IMG/VR virus record: IMGVR_UViG_3300045988_106180
Coordinates: 22,057-86,056 of that record
Strand: one strand, 5' to 3'
DNA length: 64,000 nt
Origin: a virus
Shown: positions 57,137 through 64,000 of the stretch, piece after piece
Layout of the letters: every line of letters starts with the position of its first letter
How positions within the stretch are numbered: position 1 is the first letter of the stretch
The notes under the pieces: generated by a model
What the model was told of the DNA's origin: nothing
Seen by the model: the letters and a program-made list of their open reading frames with translations, nothing else
Databases searched by the model: none
Position numbers and translations under genes: made by a program

Positions 57137-57973
57137 TTAAAAATCAATTACCGCCCGAACCCTGCCACTGCCGTACTTGCCGTTGCTGCCCGTGATGCCA
57201 TTGGAGAAGATCACGCACCACGCGTAGTTCTGGCTGTCCTCAGTACTGGACCAATACCACGCCGAGCCTAACGGTTCTGCGCCTATGTATTCAAGCGCAT
57301 CGTTTATGCTGTCTTTGTAATGCGCCATTAGGTTGAGTTGTCTCAACGGAGGGATGTATTCGCCATCTTCCAGCAGATTTTTCAACTTTGGATTTCTGGC
57401 TACAAGGCGTTCCGTATTTTTCTGTCCGTCGAAATCAAACAGCGCATCACATTCACGTTCGTAATATGTCCCACTTCCGGATTCTTCACGGCTATCATCG
57501 TCAAGCAATTGTACGCTATCATGCTCCGTCAGTGAGATAGCAAACGATACGTCTTTGTGCTTTAATCCGATATAACGCACATTCTCTTTAATATTCTCTC
57601 CAGTAAACGGCTCAGCGTGTCCGTTTCCGTAGATTAGATACAAACCATCTTTTCTTGATGGTACTCTATTTTCACATACGCATCTTTCATTTTTGGGACT
57701 TACAATTATGTTCAACTCATTCAACACATGATCTTTTACAACCTCCTTACATATTCTTCTTACAAAATCAGAATCTCTTTGTTTAAGTTCGTCATTAACC
57801 ATACATCTGATCCAATACTCTATTTGATTGTTATTCCCATATGTATTATTCATACACTGTTTTACAAGTTTTTCCAATAATGGTTCTATGTTTTTGATTA
57901 TATCTTCTTTGGTAAGGTGAAGTTCATTTAATATGCAGTTCCTTACCGCCTTGTATTCTTTACTTGCGCTCAT
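57137..57973 (-). CDS. DUF1566 (Lcl C-terminal, C-type-lectin-like fold) domain protein (278 aa)
   Basis: C-terminal AWYWSSTEDSQNYAWCVIFSNGITGSNGKYGSGRVRAVIDF matches the DUF1566 hallmark yWSST...Aw.v.f..G......vRaVr.f. Confidence 0.6.
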   Translation of the reverse strand: MSASKEYKAVRNCILNELHLTKEDIIKNIEPLLEKLVKQCMNNTYGNNNQIEYWIRCMVNDELKQRDSDFVRRICKEVVKDHVLNELNIIVSPKNERCVCENRVPSRKDGLYLIYGNGHAEPFTGENIKENVRYIGLKHKDVSFAISLTEHDSVQLLDDDSREESGSGTYYERECDALFDFDGQKNTERLVARNPKLKNLLEDGEYIPPLRQLNLMAHYKDSINDALEYIGAEPLGSAWYWSSTEDSQNYAWCVIFSNGITGSNGKYGSGRVRAVIDF

Positions 57974-58030
57974 AATATTCTATGTGATTATATACCTTAT
58001 AAAATTATTCATATCGTTTATATTTTGCTG

Positions 58031-58285
58031 TTACCAAGCGAGATAAAAATTCCGCTTCACAATAATACAGTGAGTGTAATTGCTCAGGTCGATTCCGTTG
58101 TCCGTAAATGTATCCAGGACCCGTTTTTCCACGTATTTGAGTTTTACTGTTATCCCCTTCTTAAACACTTCTATTAACTTCTCATTGCACTCAATAGGTC
58201 CAATAAGACAGTATCTATTCGAAGGACTGTCTGATATACAATATGTCTGACATCCTAACATGTTGCTTAAAATATTCTCATACAT
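58031..58285 (-). CDS. hypothetical protein (84 aa)
   Basis: ORF. Confidence 0.35.
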   Translation of the reverse strand: MYENILSNMLGCQTYCISDSPSNRYCLIGPIECNEKLIEVFKKGITVKLKYVEKRVLDTFTDNGIDLSNYTHCIIVKRNFYLAW

Positions 58286-58454
58286 ATTTTCTATATTTTA
58301 CAATTCTTAGCTATGTTACTTAATTCAGCGGTCATTATCAGATCTGATAGTGATCGCCCCGTATGCGCATTTTCGAATAAATTTTACTTTTAATAATTTT
58401 CTCATTAGAGTTATCCTCTATTTACTTTTTTTTCTTTATTTCTTCCGCGATCTC

Positions 58455-58886
58455 TTATAATGTTGTCGGAGATAAATAATCATCTACCCTCAACTCTCTT
58501 ACATAATCTAAGCAATCCAGACCCTTAGCATCTATTTCCTGCCTCTCTTCGTCGACCCACCTTAAAGTGCCATTTTCTCCACATTCCGGGCATTTATCTG
58601 CCCCACACGGAAGAAGCATTTGCGCCCCACATAAGACACATCTTACCCAGTCTCCGTGCTGCACCCCTTCGTATGTTCTTGTTTTCATATTTGTCATTTT
58701 ATCATTTACAACTTTCACTTCTTCGCTCCACAAACGTCTCTTATATATCGGAGTGATGCCGATCAGAATACCACTACCTCCACCCCAATACTGAAGTGTT
58801 TTGGACTCAATTTTATGATGCAATTCTTGTATTCCTCCTTTGTTTCTGTCATAAGGAGAAAAATCAGATAACTTTACCGTTTTCAT
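58455..58886 (-). CDS. zinc-ribbon protein (143 aa)
   Basis: CVLCG...CGADKCPECGE. Confidence 0.45.
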   Translation of the reverse strand: MKTVKLSDFSPYDRNKGGIQELHHKIESKTLQYWGGGSGILIGITPIYKRRLWSEEVKVVNDKMTNMKTRTYEGVQHGDWVRCVLCGAQMLLPCGADKCPECGENGTLRWVDEERQEIDAKGLDCLDYVRELRVDDYLSPTTL

Positions 58887-59620
58887 TTTTCTGGATTTTC
58901 AGCAGTTCCTAAAAGATATTCATTGCCCTCAAAAGGAATGCAACAGTCCCATAATGTTCCATTGGAACATTCATGCTTATAAGACAATCCATCAGAATCG
59001 TCCACAATTTCCCTTGCAAACAAGCTGATATGCCATTCTTTATCGTCCTCGTCTCTTACCAGCACTTTGTCAAACGGCTTAAAATCATATTTCGGCTTTT
59101 CTTCAATCCCGAAGAAGCGTTTCAGATACTCTTTAGCTTTAGGTTCTTTGCTTGCCTTTAATGCGTCAACCAACTTTTGTCTTTCGGACTCAGTGGCAAA
59201 TCTGTATTTTTCTATCTGATTTTCCCAAGCAGATAAACCATCTTCTATTTTAAGAATACCTTTTTGATTTAAAGAGGCATAAAAAGACGTTAAATATTTC
59301 CCATGTGTATTTAAAATAAAGATATAGCAACCATCTTTATTACTTAACACCTCTCCATCTTTAAACGTAGTATATTCTGGAACTTCAAGAAGGAGTCGAT
59401 TTGCGCTGCTAAGTGCTTTTCCTGTAGCAGAAAACCAGTCTGCCGATACAGAAATCGAATGAATTACAACCAATAACGGACAATTTGACGAATTGTCTTC
59501 ATATACGATTTCTGCTCTATTTTGTCCTTTCTCTGTCACAATACGACCTGCTATTTCCCCTATGTTTATTTTTTTCGCCGTTTCTAAATCAAACGGAATT
59601 GTTGCTGTTCTCTGTTCCAT
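58883..59620 (-). CDS. hypothetical protein, member 1 of a tandem paralog pair (245 aa)
   Basis: Shares IPFDLETAKKI..GEI, KYDFKPFDKVLVR, W...LFAR and CIPFEGNEYLLGT blocks with the adjacent gene. Confidence 0.5.
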   Translation of the reverse strand: MEQRTATIPFDLETAKKINIGEIAGRIVTEKGQNRAEIVYEDNSSNCPLLVVIHSISVSADWFSATGKALSSANRLLLEVPEYTTFKDGEVLSNKDGCYIFILNTHGKYLTSFYASLNQKGILKIEDGLSAWENQIEKYRFATESERQKLVDALKASKEPKAKEYLKRFFGIEEKPKYDFKPFDKVLVRDEDDKEWHISLFAREIVDDSDGLSYKHECSNGTLWDCCIPFEGNEYLLGTAENPEK

Positions 59621-59624
59621 GATC

Positions 59625-60368
59625 TTATTTGCTTTTATTAGTTCCTAAAAGATGCTCATTTCCTTGGTATGGGATACACTCTTTGTATCTCAAACCTCCC
59701 AAGCATTCATATTTATATTCTTCTTCTCTTACTCTGGCAAATAAGTGTAGATTCCAATTTCCCAAATTGCTCGCTCTCACCAAGACTTGATCGAATGGCT
59801 TAAAATCGTATTTCTTTTGTCCGTCAAGTAAATATTCGTACTTACTTAGATATTGTTTTATTATTCCTGCTTTTTTAAGGTTTTCTGTATTAGCAATTCT
59901 TTCAGCAAAAGATTTTTTCTCTTCCTCTGTGGCTAATCTAACATACTTGGATTTATCCTCACTACACACACTTGTCCATATTGGAACTTCTTCAGATGTA
60001 ATCTCGCCATATGCCGATATACCATATATGCATCCCATATCTCCTTCTCTATTAATAATACCATTATATATAAATGGGTTCCCAAGCGTGCTTATTAATA
60101 CATCTCCTTTCTTAAAATACGCTCCAGCCTCTACTTCCAATTCCAGAACGTTGTTGAAAAAAGTACGACCTTCTGTATCGGCATATATAGCACTTATCCC
60201 AGATTCATCTTTTTTTACAAAAAGTAAATTATAACGATCTGCACAGTCTTTTGACTCATATACAAATTCTATTTTAATATTACCAATTAATACTGAACCT
60301 TCTATTTCTCCGCTTTTAATTTTTCTCGCCGTATTTAAATCAAACGGAACAATAATTGGATTTTCCAT
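59625..60368 (-). CDS. hypothetical protein, member 2 of a tandem paralog pair (247 aa)
   Basis: VPFDLNTARKIKSGEIEG, KYDFKPFDQVLVR, LHLFAR and CIPYQGNEHLLGT. Confidence 0.5.
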   Translation of the reverse strand: MENPIIVPFDLNTARKIKSGEIEGSVLIGNIKIEFVYESKDCADRYNLLFVKKDESGISAIYADTEGRTFFNNVLELEVEAGAYFKKGDVLISTLGNPFIYNGIINREGDMGCIYGISAYGEITSEEVPIWTSVCSEDKSKYVRLATEEEKKSFAERIANTENLKKAGIIKQYLSKYEYLLDGQKKYDFKPFDQVLVRASNLGNWNLHLFARVREEEYKYECLGGLRYKECIPYQGNEHLLGTNKSK

Positions 60369-60414
60369 ATCTTTTTATTTTTAATTATGTAATCAATAAA
60401 ACAAGATGGGTTAC

Positions 60415-61476
60415 TTAAACCCATCCCAGTTGTTTTGCAATACTTTCCATCTCGCTATACGCAATACGATGACACCCGGCTGTCAGTATATCGTTTTCAT
60501 ACCGGTTTATGCTCCACTTATTGCCATCCACATCCTCTACCAGGCCATGCCGGAACTGGCCTCCCCGGTGCAACAGTGACACAACCTGCCATATTCTTCT
60601 GGCTTCCCCTATCCCGATTTTTATTTCCTTGCTTGTTTCAATAATCCCTCCTTTTATACGCATCCAAACATTTGGTTTATTATAAGAAGTAAGACTACAC
60701 GCATGCAAGAAATCAAGTTCTCCTGACTTCCATTTTTCTAATTTTTCATAGAAATCCCTACTACGTTCTTCTTCCAGCTCTTTCAGTTTCCTTAACTTTT
60801 CAACCTCTTGTACTTCTCTACTTATTCTATGTTTTTCAACTCTTTCCCGATATTTCAACCAAGTTCCTTCACCACAAACTTCATCTACAACCACATTAAC
60901 GGTTCCAAGGACTTCCAGTGCTTGATGATTCAACAATATCTGGAAAATACGTTTCAATTCACTGACATGTTCACGTTTAATCTTATCTGATTTCCGTGAT
61001 AATTCATGGTTAGTTCCAAGCCATTCGTTTGCACTCTTTTTAAGAAGACTCTGAGGAGTTCCCATATCGAAGAACTCAATATAACCCATCAGATTTTTAA
61101 ACGCTCCCCAAACATTCTGATAAGGCAATTCAGTTCTGGCTTTCTTGTATTTTTCAATAGCATCTTTAATGGATTCCAACCCACTGGTGGCAAATGCCAT
61201 ATTACCATTATTTGACATATTATATCCAACACTGAATACCTTTGAGCCAGTTGGTATTGCTTCACGAACATAATATTGATGCCTGCTTGTAGTAGAAGAA
61301 TAATATCTATCATTAATCAAATACGCCTTTTCTCCACGCTTGTTTCGCACGATTCTTCCAACCTCAAAATGTCTTCCATAGGAGTAAATACTTTGTCCTT
61401 CAAAATAGAAGTTACTACCATTTGCTGATTCTTGACTTTCATTTGCCCACAAGTGAGCGACCATTGAATTGTTCAT
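60415..61476 (-). CDS. hypothetical protein (353 aa)
   Basis: ORF. The N-terminal AHLWANESQ...YSYGRHFEV...YYSSTTSRHQ block looks like a conserved family but is not identified. Confidence 0.5.
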   Translation of the reverse strand: MNNSMVAHLWANESQESANGSNFYFEGQSIYSYGRHFEVGRIVRNKRGEKAYLINDRYYSSTTSRHQYYVREAIPTGSKVFSVGYNMSNNGNMAFATSGLESIKDAIEKYKKARTELPYQNVWGAFKNLMGYIEFFDMGTPQSLLKKSANEWLGTNHELSRKSDKIKREHVSELKRIFQILLNHQALEVLGTVNVVVDEVCGEGTWLKYRERVEKHRISREVQEVEKLRKLKELEEERSRDFYEKLEKWKSGELDFLHACSLTSYNKPNVWMRIKGGIIETSKEIKIGIGEARRIWQVVSLLHRGGQFRHGLVEDVDGNKWSINRYENDILTAGCHRIAYSEMESIAKQLGWV

Positions 61477-61488
61477 ATAAGTATCTTT

Positions 61489-61803
61489 TTAATTGTTTAA
61501 CTTACCTCTACTATATAATCCTCTTTGTTCATATTTTTCAATACATTCGGTTATCATATCGCAGAACACTTGCCCTTCTTTTTCGGAACCTCTGAAGTAA
61601 CCAATCATCTTCAGGATATTCCCGTTAAACTCATGGACAAACTTGTTGTAATAATGTTCCCCCATAACTTTCCCGTATTTTTCCATGAACAAATTCTTGT
61701 CCAGTGATTCATCCTTAAAACAACGGTTGTAATCCCATCTTACAACACGAAACAATGTTTCAAAATTCAATCTTTCCATATCCTGTATTTTATTTAAGCT
61801 CAA
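61489..61803 (-). CDS. hypothetical protein (104 aa)
   Basis: ORF. Confidence 0.4.
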   Translation of the reverse strand: MSLNKIQDMERLNFETLFRVVRWDYNRCFKDESLDKNLFMEKYGKVMGEHYYNKFVHEFNGNILKMIGYFRGSEKEGQVFCDMITECIEKYEQRGLYSRGKLNN

Positions 61804-62686
61804 ACCTAATATCTTCCGGCAACTGAGAGCGGTCCACCTTGTTCACAAAATCATCAAACTCTTCCTGTGTGATTTTTTCTCCATAACTGTTCCAGTTGAA
61901 AGATAAAGTATTTAAGTGAGGGTAATATATAGCATTATCAGTAGACAACCCATAATCAAACACACAGAGCATTATCTTTTTTTCTGCTTCTGCTTGTCTG
62001 ATTCTCTTATCGTATCGCTCACAAATTTCAGCACGCTTTTTCAACATCTCTGCCTTATGATCCTCTTCCCTACGTTTTTCGATATTTTCTGCGGAATAAT
62101 ACCTGGCTTTAACGCGATCTTCAATAAGAGATCGTTCCTCGTCCGTTAATGTCAAAGTAAGCCTTTCCTTTTCCGGCATATACGGATTTACCCATTTCTT
62201 GCCACACAGGTCTTCAAGTTCAACAAGAAGCTCGTCTGATTCACGTTTCCATCTATCCACAATCCCCAGATTGAAAAGCAGATACTTGAAATACATCTTA
62301 TCCTCAGAGGCTTTATATAATTCTACGCATTCTTGTTCTGATATACGCAAATACTCCATTGCCACAGACATACCACTTCTTCTAACGTAATATATGCCAT
62401 TTTCCACCGGATACATAGGAGCACCATAATGGTTACAAAGATGCAACGATATGAATTTCGCCAATTCCGGAAAATGTTTTGCAACTTCATCGTGGCAGCA
62501 ACCTCCCATATACTCTACATACGTTCCTTGTTGATCTTTCTGTCTAATATCAGCCGTTACGCTCCAGTCACACATATTGTTATGACAATCATCATCTAAA
62601 GATATTGTGACTGTTATTCTGTATTCTTCTTTGTTTTCTGTAAAGAATTTTGTACTTGAATAAATTAGTTTGTTTGCAGTTTCCAT
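61790..62686 (-). CDS. hypothetical protein (298 aa) with a Cys/His-rich N-terminal region
   Basis: DDDCHNNMCDW...GGCCHDE...HLCNH suggests metal binding. C-terminal coiled coil. Confidence 0.5.
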   Translation of the reverse strand: METANKLIYSSTKFFTENKEEYRITVTISLDDDCHNNMCDWSVTADIRQKDQQGTYVEYMGGCCHDEVAKHFPELAKFISLHLCNHYGAPMYPVENGIYYVRRSGMSVAMEYLRISEQECVELYKASEDKMYFKYLLFNLGIVDRWKRESDELLVELEDLCGKKWVNPYMPEKERLTLTLTDEERSLIEDRVKARYYSAENIEKRREEDHKAEMLKKRAEICERYDKRIRQAEAEKKIMLCVFDYGLSTDNAIYYPHLNTLSFNWNSYGEKITQEEFDDFVNKVDRSQLPEDIRFELK

Positions 62687-62697
62687 ATTATTTTAGT

Positions 62698-62934
62698 TTA
62701 ATCATTACGCTTGTAAAAAATAAAATCTGCACATTCTCCCGGTGTATTATTAGCGTTATTGTACCAATAAAAACCTTCTGTTTTCCAGTCTACATCTACG
62801 GGATCTTCTTTTACTCGTTCCAAGAAATTCCTTATTTCTCGTTCTTCATTATCTGACAAACCTGTATAATCACCATTTATCAGAGCACGAGCCCAATAAA
62901 CTGGAAGCCTGTATCTTGTTACCTTTATACTCAT
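62698..62934 (-). CDS. hypothetical protein (78 aa)
   Basis: ORF. Confidence 0.4.
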   Translation of the reverse strand: MSIKVTRYRLPVYWARALINGDYTGLSDNEEREIRNFLERVKEDPVDVDWKTEGFYWYNNANNTPGECADFIFYKRND

Positions 62935-63323
62935 AGCTTCATTAATTTACAATTACTATCTTCAAATACAGGGACCATGCCCTGTCCCCTGAAATAAGCA
63001 GTAGCTAACTTAAAAGCGTACAGCGGATTCACTTTCTTAATTTCTCGCTGTGATTTATAGAAAGATAACGGCTGACATATATAGAAATTTTCATTGCCAA
63101 GACTTCCAAAAAGCCAATCCATACCACCTTCATCACAATTAGTGCCACCCAGTATTATTAAATCACATCCGGTCTTCCGGGTCCCTAAGATGAATGTCTT
63201 GTTCTTATTCTCTGGCCGCATAAATATTTCCTTGTCAATACTAAACCAGTCGCTCTGGCAACTCTCCACATCCCGGCGGACAATTTCGTCAATTTCAAAT
63301 GCATATTCTTCTTGTGTTTTCAT
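62931..63323 (-). CDS. hypothetical protein (130 aa)
   Basis: ORF. Confidence 0.45.
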   Translation of the reverse strand: MKTQEEYAFEIDEIVRRDVESCQSDWFSIDKEIFMRPENKNKTFILGTRKTGCDLIILGGTNCDEGGMDWLFGSLGNENFYICQPLSFYKSQREIKKVNPLYAFKLATAYFRGQGMVPVFEDSNCKLMKL

Positions 63324-63335
63324 AAGGCATGTTAT

Positions 63336-63749
63336 TTAAAAGAAACTCCAACAATATGTTACGATAAATTTTCCCATCCCGTATTCAGCAAGTTGCTTAA
63401 ACGATTCTATCCCATTACAATAAATAAAAACATCATCATTATCATCATCGTTGATACTCAGCGATAGTTTGATTGTCGTTCTTTTATCGTCTCCTGTCTC
63501 TTTCCATACAATCTGACATTCTACGTATTCAGGCTCCTTCCCTGTTCTTTCTACAAATTCATGAAATCTTAAATCAATTTCATGTTTGACTTCTTCAATG
63601 TTGGATATTATCACCTCGTTTTCACAATCACTGCAAATAGCATGCATGAAAGCTCCATCAAAATAATCTATTATTTTTCCGGTATTCGGATTTACTATGG
63701 CTTCACAGGAAACATTTGTTCCACCACATCTTGTACATATATATCCCAT
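63336..63749 (-). CDS. zinc-ribbon protein (137 aa)
   Basis: CTRCGG...C...C.DC. Confidence 0.45.
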   Translation of the reverse strand: MGYICTRCGGTNVSCEAIVNPNTGKIIDYFDGAFMHAICSDCENEVIISNIEEVKHEIDLRFHEFVERTGKEPEYVECQIVWKETGDDKRTTIKLSLSINDDDNDDVFIYCNGIESFKQLAEYGMGKFIVTYCWSFF

Positions 63750-63789
63750 AATTATCTGTTTTTAAAATGTTCAATAATTTCATCTACCG

Positions 63790-63893
63790 TAGCCTTACGC
63801 CATGTGATACAGCCCGCGTCTCCCCTAAACCGGAGCTCTTCGCACTTTACCCACCTGTCTCCTGTGGCGTCCGTCACTATCAGCCATTATAAC
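63790..63893 (-). other. GC-rich non-coding patch between two - strand genes; candidate structured RNA or regulatory element
   Basis: About 100 nt of markedly higher GC (GCCCGCGTCTCCCCTAAACCGGAGCTC...CTGTCTCCTGTGGCGTCCGTCAC) in an AT-rich intergenic region. The only ORF over it (63582..63905, + strand) looks spurious. Confidence 0.3.
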
Positions 63894-64000
63894 CTATTCT
63901 TCTAAGCCATTCTCTATCATGGCTTCCTTTATCAATTCATCTGTCTCCTCGTAACATCCCCAGCAAGAATCAACCTCTTCCCATTCTTCACAATCTTCAT
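63894..64000 (-). CDS. 3' end of a - strand CDS that starts beyond the window (...EDCEEWEEVDSCWGCYEETDELIKEAMIENGLEE*)
   Basis: Open frame from the window edge down to a TAG at 63894-63896 (complement). Confidence 0.3.
   Translation of the reverse strand, partial: EDCEEWEEVDSCWGCYEETDELIKEAMIENGLEE

Noticed and set aside
57124-57150. Copy of the TTTTTAAAAATCAATTA leader-like motif at the ATPase/DUF1566 junction
   Set aside because: Here the motif is the coding 3' end of the DUF1566 gene (codons for VIDF-stop), so similarity to the upstream element may be coincidental. Not counted as an independent regulatory copy.
63582-63905. 107-aa + ORF over the GC-rich intergenic patch
   Set aside because: On the opposite strand to all neighbouring genes. 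Overlaps the start of gene 63336..63749 and the stop of the partial gene at the window edge. Composition looks random.
1-64000. CRISPR arrays, rRNA genes, integrase/attachment sites, stop-codon reassignment
   Set aside because: No regularly spaced direct repeats with spacers. No rRNA-like conserved stretches. No tyrosine or serine recombinase motifs recognised among the ORFs. All large genes are open in the standard code, so there is no evidence of TAG/TGA recoding in this window.

Overview
This 64-kb window reads as a piece of a large, AT-rich double-stranded DNA phage or prophage. Codon usage, the absence of Shine-Dalgarno sites, TAnnTTTG-like promoter boxes and a DUF1566 domain all point to a Bacteroidales host. 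The gene content is consistent with a crAss-like or similar large podophage, but no terminase, capsid or polymerase gene is in view to confirm that.

Gene layout:
- Nt 1-32654 are transcribed almost entirely on the + strand and are dominated by four contiguous giant genes of 951, 1007, 2238 and 2148 aa. These are presumably virion, ejected-cargo or tail proteins, with a 752-aa gene between them.
- Nt 33044-64000 are transcribed on the - strand as a dense module of small genes. It carries replication functions: an SF2 DEAH-type helicase, a DnaB-family helicase, a zinc-ribbon primase, two PD-(D/E)XK nucleases and an HNH-like protein.
- The two halves converge at a perfect 15-bp bidirectional terminator near 32.9 kb.

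Accessory content that stands out:
1. Two different solo IS200/IS605-type TnpB (RuvC-like) genes at 13.9 and 22.2 kb. One is canonical; the other has lost both CxxC zinc-finger pairs but keeps the catalytic D-E-D residues.
2. A cellular-type NfeD-flotillin (SPFH) operon with an adjacent acyl-carrier-protein homolog, embedded inside the replication module.
3. A protein whose C-terminus looks like DUF2829 (the Tad2 anti-Thoeris sponge family), encoded right after TnpB number 2.
4. A compact ABC-type ATPase paired with a DUF1566 (C-type-lectin-fold) protein.
5. Tandem paralogous genes, an RGG/RE-rich low-complexity protein, and Cys-Cys-rich Gln/Asn/Gly-rich proteins.
6. Several conserved non-coding elements: a 690-bp non-coding island with iteron-like direct repeats, a ~30-nt duplicated 5' leader, perfect hairpins and a GC-rich non-coding patch.

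Limits: every protein family call comes from reading motifs by eye and recalling family consensus. No database search was possible. Coordinates of non-CDS elements are counted by hand and may be off by a nucleotide or two.
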